A stretch of 64,000 bases of DNA, taken from NCBI RefSeq assembly GCF_036321535.1, contig NC_087472.1:95978001-96042000 (forward strand), given 5' to 3'. Below the pieces are notes generated by a model. That model had not been told where the DNA came from, searched no databases, and saw only the letters and a list, made by a program, of their open reading frames with translations. Position numbers and translations under genes: made by a program. Source of the stretch: Camelus dromedarius. Its lineage: Eukaryota. The first letter of the stretch is position 1. Each line of letters begins with the position of its first letter. Positions 26,570 to 37,722 of the stretch are shown piece by piece.

Positions 26570-27050
26570 CATATTCAATTATCTGTTCCGTAAGCATTTA
26601 TTCTATATCCCAACCATCTCCTCCAAACCTTCACCAGCTCCAGACATAATAAATGGCACCCCCAGGAGCCATCAACTAAAACAAAGGGCTGACTTTCTTT
26701 ATGATCCAATGAGCCAACAAGTCTCACATTAGACTCTCTTTTTCCAGTGGGGCACCTCCTGCCAGTGTGCTGTCCCTCCTCCAGGCCCTAATCACTCAGC
26801 CTACCCGTCTCCAGCATCGGTACCTTCCAAGCCATTCTTCACATTTTGCCAGTGTTCCTTCTAAAACGTCCTCTTTAAAATGAAATTCAAACCCCTCAGC
26901 TTGACCTGAGACTCATGATCTAGTTGAGGCCCGCCTCATCTTCTAATGCTTCCCACACACACCCCCTTGATCTAGACTTCTGGAAGTGCTGTGAGTACAC
27001 TGAACAAGTACTCTTTTCTTGCTTCTGTGCTTTTCACATGCTGTTTCCCC
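26570..27050 (+). mobile_element. L2 fragment
   Basis: aaatggcacc...ccattcttcac...aaattcaaacccctcagcttg...ttttcacatgctgtttccc. Confidence 0.55.
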
Positions 27051-27086
27051 ACAATGCTTTAAAGTGCAGTTTCCAAAGTTAGGCTG

Positions 27087-27565
27087 TGTGGTGGCTACTT
27101 TTATGCGTGAACTTGGCTAGGCCATGACACCCAGATATACCCAAACACCAGGCTGCAAGCTGCTGTGAACGTTTTTGGTTTTGTTTTTTGTTTTTTGTTT
27201 TTACAAGAGATTGACATTTAAATCAGCCTACTGAATAAAGGAGGAAACACACCACAATGTAGGTGGGCCTGACACAATCAGTTGAAGGCCTTAAGAGAAA
27301 AAGACCAAGGTCCCCTCAAAGAAGAGGGAACTCTGCAGCAGACAGCCTTCAGTGAAGCCAAAACTCAACTCTTCCTCGTGAAACATCAATTTATGTTCCG
27401 TATGTTTGGATGTCCAGTTTGCCAATGTGCTCTGCAGATTTCAGAACTTGCCAGCTCCCACAATCACACGAGTCAATTCCTTAACACCAATCCCTCTCCT
27501 TCACCCTCTCATCCTGACAAACATACACTCCTACTGGTTCCGTTTCTCTAGAAAACCTTAATACA
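27087..27565 (+). mobile_element. Solo MLT2 (ERVL) LTR with 5-bp TSD GGCTG, inserted into a MIR
   Basis: TG...CA termini; tgtggtggctacttttatgcgtgaacttggctaggcca...caatcagttgaaggcctta...ctactggttccgtttctctagaaaaccttaataca; GGCTG at 27082-27086 and 27566-27570. Confidence 0.92.
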
Positions 27566-27570
27566 GGCTG

Positions 27571-27790
27571 CCTGAGTTCAAAGCCTAACAGCACGCCTTA
27601 TAAGCTGTGTGACCTCAGGCACACAGTATAACCTCTCTCTAAGCCCCCAGTTTCATGACTTAAAATGGAGACAGTAACTGCAGCTTCCTTACCATAGGGC
27701 TGCTGTGAGCATTAAATGTAACAACATATGTAAATTGTTCTGTACAGTCTCTGATACTTAAGTTTGCAGTGTTACGTATTATCATTACCT
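27571..27790 (+). mobile_element. MIR SINE, 3' part (5' part at about 27055-27086)
   Basis: cctgagttcaaa...agctgtgtgacctcaggca...aacctctctctaagcccccagtttc...gggctgctgtgagcattaaatg. Confidence 0.85.
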
Positions 27791-30700
27791 GACATCTACT
27801 CACTTTACAAGGAACTTCACACCATCAGAAAAGCCTCTTTGGCCTCTCCAATCCAATGATATTAACAAGTATGTTAGTCCAATGTAGCCCCCACATTATT
27901 CTGTGAATACCACAGCATACAACTCTATTAGAAAAGGTAAAATTAAGAAACTATAAGCAAATTATAAGCAGAGAACATGTCTTTGCCATTAAACCTAACA
28001 CAATGCCTGGCACAAAGTAGTACGTCAATACATACTTATTTCTTAGGCTTGAGTAAAAGGAGGCCAACCCAAGTGGTCCAGCGCAAGAAGAGCAAAGCCA
28101 TGGATTGATAAGTGCATCTCCACAACAAGAAGACCCTAAGGCTGGTTATAGAAAGTGGCAATTAAACCCACACACAGCACATATTTAAATGCTAGCTCTT
28201 TCCATGCAAGAAATGAAAAGTGAATCAGTTTTAGTCCCACCTTCAAATACAATGCATGTTAAACATCCACTCAAGAGAAATGAATTTCTACCCCAGTGAT
28301 AAAGTCCTGTTAATTATAAACTTCACTTAAAGTGTACCTCTCCCGTACAACTCTTGTTTCCAGATAAACTGATTTTGTTTAAAATTAAAATCCTTAATTT
28401 ACAACCTAACCTTCTGATAGCTCATGTGTAAGGAATATAAAACATGCTGAATAAACAAAGCTTTCTGAAAGGTTTCTCCTCCCCAACAGACACAGTTAAT
28501 GATATTTATGAGTATCTCTCAATTACTTCCCTAAAATTTGACACTGCCCTAAAATTTGACACAGCCATAATTGTGATCTAAAAGCTTAAACACCCACAAA
28601 CTATGGCTTTGAATACATGAATTGAAAAGTGAACTTCTCCCATGTCTTCCAACTTCTTGCCCCCAAATATTTATTTATCTTGTGGATTTTTAAAAATCTA
28701 CTTTATATTTTGACTTTAAAAAAAAAACTGTTTTCAGCTTTAAAGAAACCTTCCTTTCATGACATTCTTATTCTCTAGTCCTCCTCCACCCCAATCTCCA
28801 GTTGAGAAACTCACATCTTATATGTTTCACTTGAAGTTATGTGCATCATTGCCACACATGGCATTATATCTGACACAGGACCCTGGAGAGCTTGTAGAGC
28901 CAGCTTTAAAGCACACTTTGGCCAAATTTATTCACCAACACAAGAGTTCAAGTACAAGACTACACTCTAAATATTAAATTTCCAGGTAGAAAAAACCATA
29001 AGACAACAAAATTGAAACTAGAGCAGGAGATATTAACCTAAAGTCAAGATACCTGAAAATCCCTGAAACTCTTAAGGAAAAATTTGAATGCATGTCTAGA
29101 TGCATTTTTCTAGGAAGAGGGTCCGTGTATTTCATCAATTTTGAAATTTCAATTCATTTAAATATAAGTATCATGGAAGATGTTCCAATTAGCCATAAAA
29201 ATAGAGCACCTTCAGATCTCTCAGAATTCATATAATGTCCACGGAACTAGAAACACCCCCGCCTAACGGTCTTTGCCTCTTGTTTTGGAGCTCGGTGTTT
29301 TCAGCACCTCCAGTCTATTCCCCTCACAGAAAAACATGGACATGTCAAAAGGCACCAAGATTTGGTTCCCTGATTGACTCCTCACATAACTCATCTGGGG
29401 GGCTAATTAAGACATGGCCAAACTATGTCCGCAGGGTAAGTGAACATCAGCATTCAGGCAAGTTTCATACAACCTGATGAAAATTGACTCAAAGTGTCTT
29501 ACTTCAGTAATCACTTAGACAGAATGAATTTTACATTAGTGGATCAAACGTGCACCAGGCCTCAGTGGAAATAAAAAGGGCTTAGAGTAATAGGATTTAT
29601 AAATCCACCCATTAGGTTAATGGCTAAATGATTTACATGTAACTTTCTCCCCCACCCCGCCCTCCCTCACCCTTTAACTCAGTAAAAACTATGCTTGGCA
29701 TTTTCCACTGCAGTGCCATACACAAAGGAAATAGCCTTTCTATTTTGGGACGTTCTAATTTCTAATAATGGCTTGGGTAGCTACCATTAACTCTTTCAAA
29801 GCACAAATAATTGACTAATAAAATTAAGTAGTCTATAAGGCTTGAAAGTGCTTAATTGATCATAATTGTCTATTTGAGAGGAAGGCGTCAGGCCGGCTAT
29901 GCTGAGATAATGAAGTTGGGCAATTCTGAAACGCTGCAATCAAGATAATACTTACAGCAAAAAAGGACATTAGCATTTTCTAGAATCTGCAGTATTTTCT
30001 TGATAACTGAGGTCACAGGAAAATCTGATTAGGAAACTTTGAGCTCCCGACCCCCACAAATGGCAGATTTCACAGGCTGCCAGTTGTCATTACTCAGCAC
30101 CTGGCCTGAAGCCCAACCCTGAGAGAGCACCGAGCTGGGGGTCTGGAGGACAACCTGAAGTTAGAGGATGACCAAGGTGCTGCTGTCACCAGTTTGATGG
30201 AAGCACTTTTGATTTCCTGGAAGCTCCTTTTTAGGGCTGGCATGTGACAGGACAGTCATGAAACTGTTCTTCATTATTCTCTGCCTCAAGAGAGGTCAGA
30301 GGAGGGAGAGCTTCTTAAGCCCAAGACCTGGGGAGGTGGATGGGGGCAACCCCCTCGCTCAGTACCAGGACTAAATACTAAATTCTGCTCTATAATGACC
30401 ACTCTTTCTATAGCAACTCTACTTACAAAATGGTGTCCCATGCCCAGCTCCTTTTATTAGAAGTTCAGAAAACAGATTCTAAGAGCTAGCTATGATTAAA
30501 ATACGGAGGGTTTCCACTTCAAAGAAAAATCTTCTTTTCAGAAAGATGGTCTAGTTTTAGGGAAATGTGACTCTGTTCACCTGTCCAGAGACATATGCGT
30601 TGCACACATACTCAGGCATGCCCCTCTATATTTAAGGATCAATCAAATAATGTGTTCCCTCACTTTTCCTCCTGTCTCATCATCAACTATGCTTTTTCTA

Positions 30701-30974
30701 GGAAGAATCCAGAAAATTTTGAAAGAAACAGATGAATACAAAGTTGAAAAAAGTCATTTGGGATGAAGGTGCAGAATCTGAAGAGGACAAAAGGACAAAA
30801 CATCAATATATAAGCTATATAAGATTTGGTGACCCCCTACTAAAAAAAAAATCCCCTTTACTTTTGACCTTCATTGCATTTTCACTCTAATCTGGCCAAG
30901 GTTCAAGAATTTGATACGGATTCTAGGAAGCCCTGTTATTTTCCTTCTGTTTCGAATCTCAAAAAGGAACTAAT

Positions 30975-31910
30975 CATTCACTCACCAATGAGTATTTCCT
31001 GAACAGTTCTCATAAGCGAGGTGGAGGGGACACAAAGGTGAGTGATTCAGCCACAATCCCTTCCCTCTAGAGCGTGTCATGTCTACTGGAGAACCAAACA
31101 GGCAACTGAAAAATATATACACGCATACATAGTAGGGGTCCCTGGGGTAGGAGTTCGAGGAAATTCATGGAAGCAGATTATAGAAAAGGGGAAAGTGGGC
31201 TCTGGGGCATAATAGGAAAAGCGGAACCAGGAGTGTATGTGACAATTCCAAGAACAGAGGAGAAGCTCAAAGGTAATTAAAGAAGATTAGGTTTTCAAAA
31301 AATTTTTTTAAAAATTTTGTTTGTTTTGTTATGTCTTTGCAACGAGAAGAAAATTTAAAGTATGGCCAAGGCTAGAATGCTTGATAAACTGAGGAGAGGG
31401 CAGGAAAGAGGCTCAACTGTGAAGGGCCTCACAAGCTACAGTAAGGACTTTAAACTAGGGAGTGATATAATCAGATTGACATTTTAAAGAGGTCTGTCTG
31501 GCTATAAAACTTGTGGAGAATACATGTGGGGGGGGCAGTGTCCAGGGAGAAGGAATGAGGCTTGAATAACATAATAGTCATTGCACTGGAGATAGAGTCA
31601 CAAGGTATTTAGGAAGTGGAATCTCCAAGACTTGGCAACTGGCTGGATTTGGGGCATGAGGAAGAGACAGGAGTCCAGGGTGACACCCACATTCCCGACT
31701 TAACGACTGGGGAGATAGTCAATCACTGAGACGGAATCCGGGAAGGGGAGCAGACACAGGGGGCAGTTTTGGAACTGATGAATATGCTATGCCTGTGGAC
31801 ACCTAAGTGGAGACCATAGGGAAGTGGGTGGAAGCTAAGATGCTCAATAGAGGGGACGTGAGGAGTCTCAGGTACAAGAAATCCAATGCCCAACTGAGAT
31901 GCAATATAGG
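30975..31910 (-). mobile_element. L2 fragments
   Basis: cattcactcaccaatgagtatttcctga...gggagtgatataatcagattgacattttaaa...gacttggcaactggctggatttgggg...ggagtccagggtgacaccc. Confidence 0.75.
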
Positions 31911-34900
31911 AATAAATCAAAGCAACATCAGCCTGCAGGCAGTAACGGAGCCCATCAAAACAGACGGCTCACAATGGGGCAACGGGAGTAAAGAGACAAG
32001 GCAAGCTCGCACCCCCCCCCCAACAGTGATGGTGCTCCATGGGTCTCCTGATCCCTCATTCCAACTCTAGCACCTTCCTTTCCCTTCCAGCTATCAGATC
32101 TCCATTCTTTCTGTCATAACTGGCAGGTGTCACACAGCCCCGTGGCCACTGGCAAATCGGAGGCAGGCTGCCACCATCAGACAGCCAGGCACCACACGCT
32201 GACCTTTAACGAGAACGATCCCAACAGGTGGCTAGCGCCTAATACAAATAATTGTAGTAAGCCTCCAAAGGTCAAAAGAGGGGAGCACCTTGCCTTTTCA
32301 CCAGCAACCACAACACCCACAAACAGCAAGTAACACCACTGCAGTGACTCCTCTCCTGGAGGCAGTGATGGGCTCGACAAGAAGACAGAGCATCAATTCC
32401 TTTGCTTCACAAGTAAAGTGCTTCCTACAGCTCTGACACAGCCATCCGCTTCCTACCTCTCTTCCGCATCGGGGATCGGGGAGGGCGGCCTTCTTACGTC
32501 TAGGCCAGCGCCATGTGTTCGTAGTTCCGGGTTATACTTATCCACTACAGGAAAAGTAGCGATGGGGGAGGGGCTCCCCCATTTCCAAATAATATTCTTC
32601 ACACCCTTCAAAAGAAACTCTGTAGGTCATAAGTGATAAAATTGAGTGCCGTTGCCAAGATTCAATTTGATAATATCAAATGTCTCACATGGACCTTTGA
32701 CCTCAGGGCAAGCCACTGTTTTGACAGAAGAACCGGCTGTGGCTCAGGGGGTGGGTGGAGTCTCCTGAGGGACAACTGTCTCATCACTGCCCAGAAATCC
32801 CACTGGGTGGGAAGCAGCCAGGAGTCTGAGACCTGCTGTAGGACCCCAGGTGCTGATCTACAGCCTTTCTCCCTGACCTTTACAGACAAAAAAAGAAGAA
32901 AAGAAAAAAGAAAAAGATCTTTCTTTCCCCTGGACAACCCCCTCGCCTCCCACCCTCTTAAACCTTGTGACTGCAGATGGCATGGCTAGGACGAGCCACA
33001 CACTGCTGGCATGTCGGTCCCCGGATAAAGAATCCAAGCAGTAGATCAGATTCCTGTCAGCTGCAAACGAGCCAGCACTTCAGCTGCTTCTCATTCTTTA
33101 TTTTTAAATGGCAGGATGGGCTCTCAAGGGGCATGGTGGCCTGTCACACAAGAAGAGACTAAAGATTAAAAAGAAAAAATCTAAACCTGTGAGGGTGCGC
33201 AGACTCACTCGAGACTGAGACCTGTTCCAGCGTTTTACAAACCAGTATGAGTGTGTTTCTCTTAGTGACTTAGTGGGAGAAAAGTCATTATGGAACCAAA
33301 AAAAAAATCTAACTGCTGATCAGTCCTTAGTCAATGGGACTAACAGATTGACTCTTCTGCTAATAATCTGGAAAATATTTATTTTCAGACCTCTGAGCCC
33401 AGAGTATTAAAATACTGGGATGAGCTACCAATGACAGTTACCTACTCAATCAGTCCCCAAAACCAAGAGCATGTAAAATTAAACATAAATCAAGAAAACT
33501 TAAAGAGGATGGTTAGGGAGAACTTACCTATGCAGAATACAAAATGTGCTTTCTTTTTTCCCTATACAACCACCATCACCACCAGATCATTCTCAACTAA
33601 TTCTTAGAAGCTAAAGACCAACTTGGATTTTGATGTATAAACTGCTTTTGAAGATATTTCATTTTAAACAGATAAACACTTTTTTTAAAAAAAAATGCAA
33701 GGCGAAGACACCCTTTTGAGAAACTAAGAAAACAGATGTGGAAGCCATTTGTTTAGATGAAGAGGAATTTTCGCTTTTATAGGAATACAATGATTCATGA
33801 AGAGGAAAAAAGTCTGTCATCAAGTTTACTTCAATAGATACTCTTGGGTTTGAGGCAGCTTTCTAAATATGGCCATTGCTTTTCTTCACATCTCATCTCT
33901 CCTGAAATATCTCAAACTACCACTAACAAACATTACTTTTATTGTCTTTGTTCTTTTAAATTTTCTGCTTAGTTAATATATCATGCAGGGGGAAAAAATC
34001 TACAACTCTGGTCCTCCAGCATTATATACTTGCTTTTAGTGCTTAGATAGCTGCACAAAGTACCTTCTGCTTTAGGGGTTTATCAAAAACAAGCTAGCTT
34101 GAGATAAAACATTAGGAATACAAGAACCCTTGACAATAAGTTCAGAAAGAACAGCTCTTCTTAACCCCAAAGGAGATGAAGTCAAAGAACAGTGAAGTTT
34201 TTTTTAAGAATTTCTGGCAAAAAGGAAAATCTCCTTTCTTGGTTTGTCTGTTTAATGCAGATGCCAAGATGAACTAAAACAGGAAAAGAAAGGCGGGGGG
34301 GATTGCTTTCAACCAGAGCAAATGCTTAAGAAATTCCTCTTTGCTTCTTCCTGTGCCCCACACCCACCTGCTCCCACCCTCTCCTCCTGGCCCATCAGCA
34401 GCTCCCCTCTCAGTGGGTCTGACTACAGGCCAGTCTCGGAGTTAAGAGGTGCACGGTCTGCAGGGATGAGGTACTTACCCTCCATGCACCTCTGCCTCTT
34501 CCACAAAAGGACAGGGCAGAACTGGCCAGTGCTCCTCAGGAGGTTTTCTGTTTGATAAATGAACAACCCAACAAACAAAGCCCCTCACAATTCCCTACCC
34601 CTTACGATTCTACTATGATCCCAATTAAGAATCACAGAAAAAAAGAAATAATCTCTTTTCTGCAACATCCCCATCTGCCAATATTTTGCCACATTACTTT
34701 CTACAGTTTATATTTCAAAAATAGATGTCTTAACCCATCCCAAATACAACAACGTAATTTTGAAGATGCATTTTCAAACTACACACACTCCCACTGTGAG
34801 CTACGGACTCAGTCTATGAACCTCCTTCATGGTCTATGAAATTCTCTATTCATGGCTATAGGGACAGCTTTCTGGATAAAGAACCCACAGCTTTCACCGA

Positions 34901-37254
34901 AGTCTCCAATGGGTCATAGTCCCAAAAAGATTAGCCTCTCCCTCAACTTGTACTGATTTTATACCTATGTTTAATCAGTCCTGAAACTACAGTATCCAGT
35001 TCCCTAGTGTGGTTCATACCCATGGCTGCTCTTGATTTATCGAAGAGATTGCCAAAGAGGAGCGACTCGTTTTGCTGGCTCCGGTGCCACTTATGAACCC
35101 TTTGCTAACTACCCTAAAAATGAGTGTCAACCCAAAAGTCACAGGTCAGGAGAGAAAAAAGTAATGAGCCTTAACAAATCTATGACCACTATTATTATAA
35201 TTACAAAGACAGTGTGTGGTTTTGATTAGCAAAGTCTAAATGTTGGTTAGTTTGCTGGCTGGCTGTAAAGACTCTTACCCATCGTGACTTCTATGTGCCT
35301 TATTCAACACGTATTGAGCTTCTACTTTGTGAGGAGTATACTTACAGGTGCTGGGATGAAGCTAAGGAAATGACGTGATATGATTTTAAAACACTCTGGC
35401 TCATGGAGAACTGGTTATGGAAGTGAGGACAAACTGTAATTCAGAGGGGAGGTGCTACGGGCATGGGACAGAGCTGGATGGGAAGGAGAATCAGGACATG
35501 CTGAAGGCTGAGATGGAGGAAGTGAGGAAAAGAGAGAAAACTCAAAAACAAATCTTTGACTTTTGGCTGAAGCAATGGTGGTGCTTCCTTTAAGTTCGTG
35601 ATGAGATAGCAAAAACGTGTTTATGAAATTAGGGGCAATAAAGCTGATTTTTCAAAAATCTACAAGGTGAGCTATAAAGATGGATTGTAGACATTCTTAT
35701 ATCAATGCTGCTGAGTCTCAAGGGTGGACATTTCCGACCTGCCCGGCCCTTCCTACCACCAGGCGATATCCTTCAACAGCAGTACTCCTGCTCCCACAGC
35801 AGTACTTCCAATTCCTCTGCCCTCCGTCATTTCTTAATTCTACACCCAACCCTCTTGAACACAACAATCTAATGCCATCTGTCACTCAGAAGACTGAACA
35901 CTTCATGCTCAAGGTTTCCTAAATATGTCCTTTCCTATCTTGCTCTCCCACTTCTCTTTGCAATCTTGGGAGTAACCCTCCATAAATCCACTAATTCAAC
36001 AAGCACTTACAATGGGCTCGGCACTGAGGAAAGTATAGAACAAAGGAGTTTCACTGACCTTAACGAACTTCAAAGACAAACATGGTTGTTTTCAAGTAAA
36101 TGGTTTTCACTGTCTGACAATGAAAGGAACAGGACTAAGAGCGGTCTTGAAGGAATGTAAAAACACCATGACTGAGCCAGCCACACCGAGGCCCACACCA
36201 ATGGGCTGATCTATTCAAATCTTCTCTTTGGAGGCATGCATACATCTTCAGCTGAGTCCAAAATGAGAAGGCGCTCACTGCAGGGCACAGTGCCGTTAAT
36301 ATAAAAAGGGTGAGAAGGCAGTGCTGGTGAAAGAGAAAGGGGACCAGTGGTTTCTGACACCATCATCTAAATGTCCTTGTCCCCACCTACTGCATCTTAA
36401 AGAAAAGGAGGCCATGAGGTACAAGGTGAGGGACAGACACAAAGTCTGGGAAGCTGAGATCCAGTGTGCTGCAGCGGCACACCCGATATGCCCTTAAAGG
36501 CCTAGCTTTCTCACCTCTCCGCAGTCCAGAGTAGCTTTCATGTAAGAATCTCACCTCTTCCCTTTCCAGCATCTTTCATCTGCCCCTTCCCACAGGCACC
36601 TTTCTTTCTGTTTCTAACCATCTCTCCTCAATTAAGGGTGCCTCATTCACTTGGCAAATACATACTGACATTCTGTACATGGTGCTCACCTCTCATAAGG
36701 TAACCAGGACGTAGCCCACGCCCCTGGGGAGCTTGCCATCTCCACCTCAATTATTCAGTCATCTCCTTTCCTCTTATCTTTTAGGGCCTGACCCCTCACC
36801 TCATGTTCAACGTGTACAACCTATGCTGTCGTGTAGCTTCATTCTCAGAACACAACTCCAATAGTTCTTTCAAACCTCGGGAGTCTCTTCTCACCAAAAG
36901 GAACGGTCCCTGCTTGGCTGAGTGTCATCAGCAATCCTCTGAGCACATACCTGGATGGAATGAAAAGGCACTTCACTGCTTACTCTCTAACACCACAAGC
37001 CTCCATCAGATCCTAACGACACAGCCCGCACACAAACGTGCCTCCAGACACGGTCGAGTTTCCCACAGTGGGCAAAGTCGCCCCCGGTTGAGAATCACTA
37101 ACCTGTATCGATGACTCCCTGTGCACATGCTTGAGAAGTGACTGACTGGTCAGAAGTGTGCTGATTCCAGACATATGCCTACTGTCATCGAGATGATTTA
37201 GTGCATATCCAAGATGGATTTCTCATATTGAGGCAAACTTACAAAGTCTCCAAA

Positions 37255-37722
37255 TATGCCAGGTATCTTGCCTTTCCCCATCAAGCTCCACTTTCCACCC
37301 AGCTCTGCAGGAGGAACGGCTGACTTAACAGACTACATCAAAAGCTCCCCAGTCCCCTAATTTCCGGATGAGATTGGCTAATGGGGACCACTGCGGAGAT
37401 CAGGGGGGAAATTAGTGCAGCCTATTTCTGCCTCTGGCTTTCTCCCTGAGCGGTCACAGACGGGCTGGCTGGATCCATCCACCTGCAATCAGAAGGCTCT
37501 CTTCACACCAGTACCTCTTTTGGGGTTAGAGCATCTGTTCCTCCTCTCACTCCTTTTTTGCCTGTGAGGGGAATATCCTTCCCAGTACCAGCCCTGAAGT
37601 TCACACAATTGCCTTGTGATTTTCCTATCTACCCTACCCACATTTTGGTAAATAATCTGTTTATCAAATCCTCCTATTAATCCTAGGGTCATCTCTTTCC
37701 TGCCAGGGCCCTGCCTCATACA
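37255..37722 (+). mobile_element. Solo ERVL LTR (LTR33/LTR16-like) with 5-bp TSD CCAAA
   Basis: gactacatcaa...tggctaatggg...gagatcagggg...gtaaataatctgtttatcaaa...tttcctgccagggccctgcctcataca; CCAAA at 37250-37254 and 37723-37727; 5' TG decayed to TA. Confidence 0.8.

Noticed and set aside
26206..26649. Longest ORF in the track (147 aa)
   Set aside because: It runs through MER20 and the (CA)n repeat (THTHTH); no protein family signature.
29020..29150. Possible hAT MITE remnants (also about 34790-34935 and 37030-37100)
   Set aside because: Too degraded to name or bound reliably without a database search.
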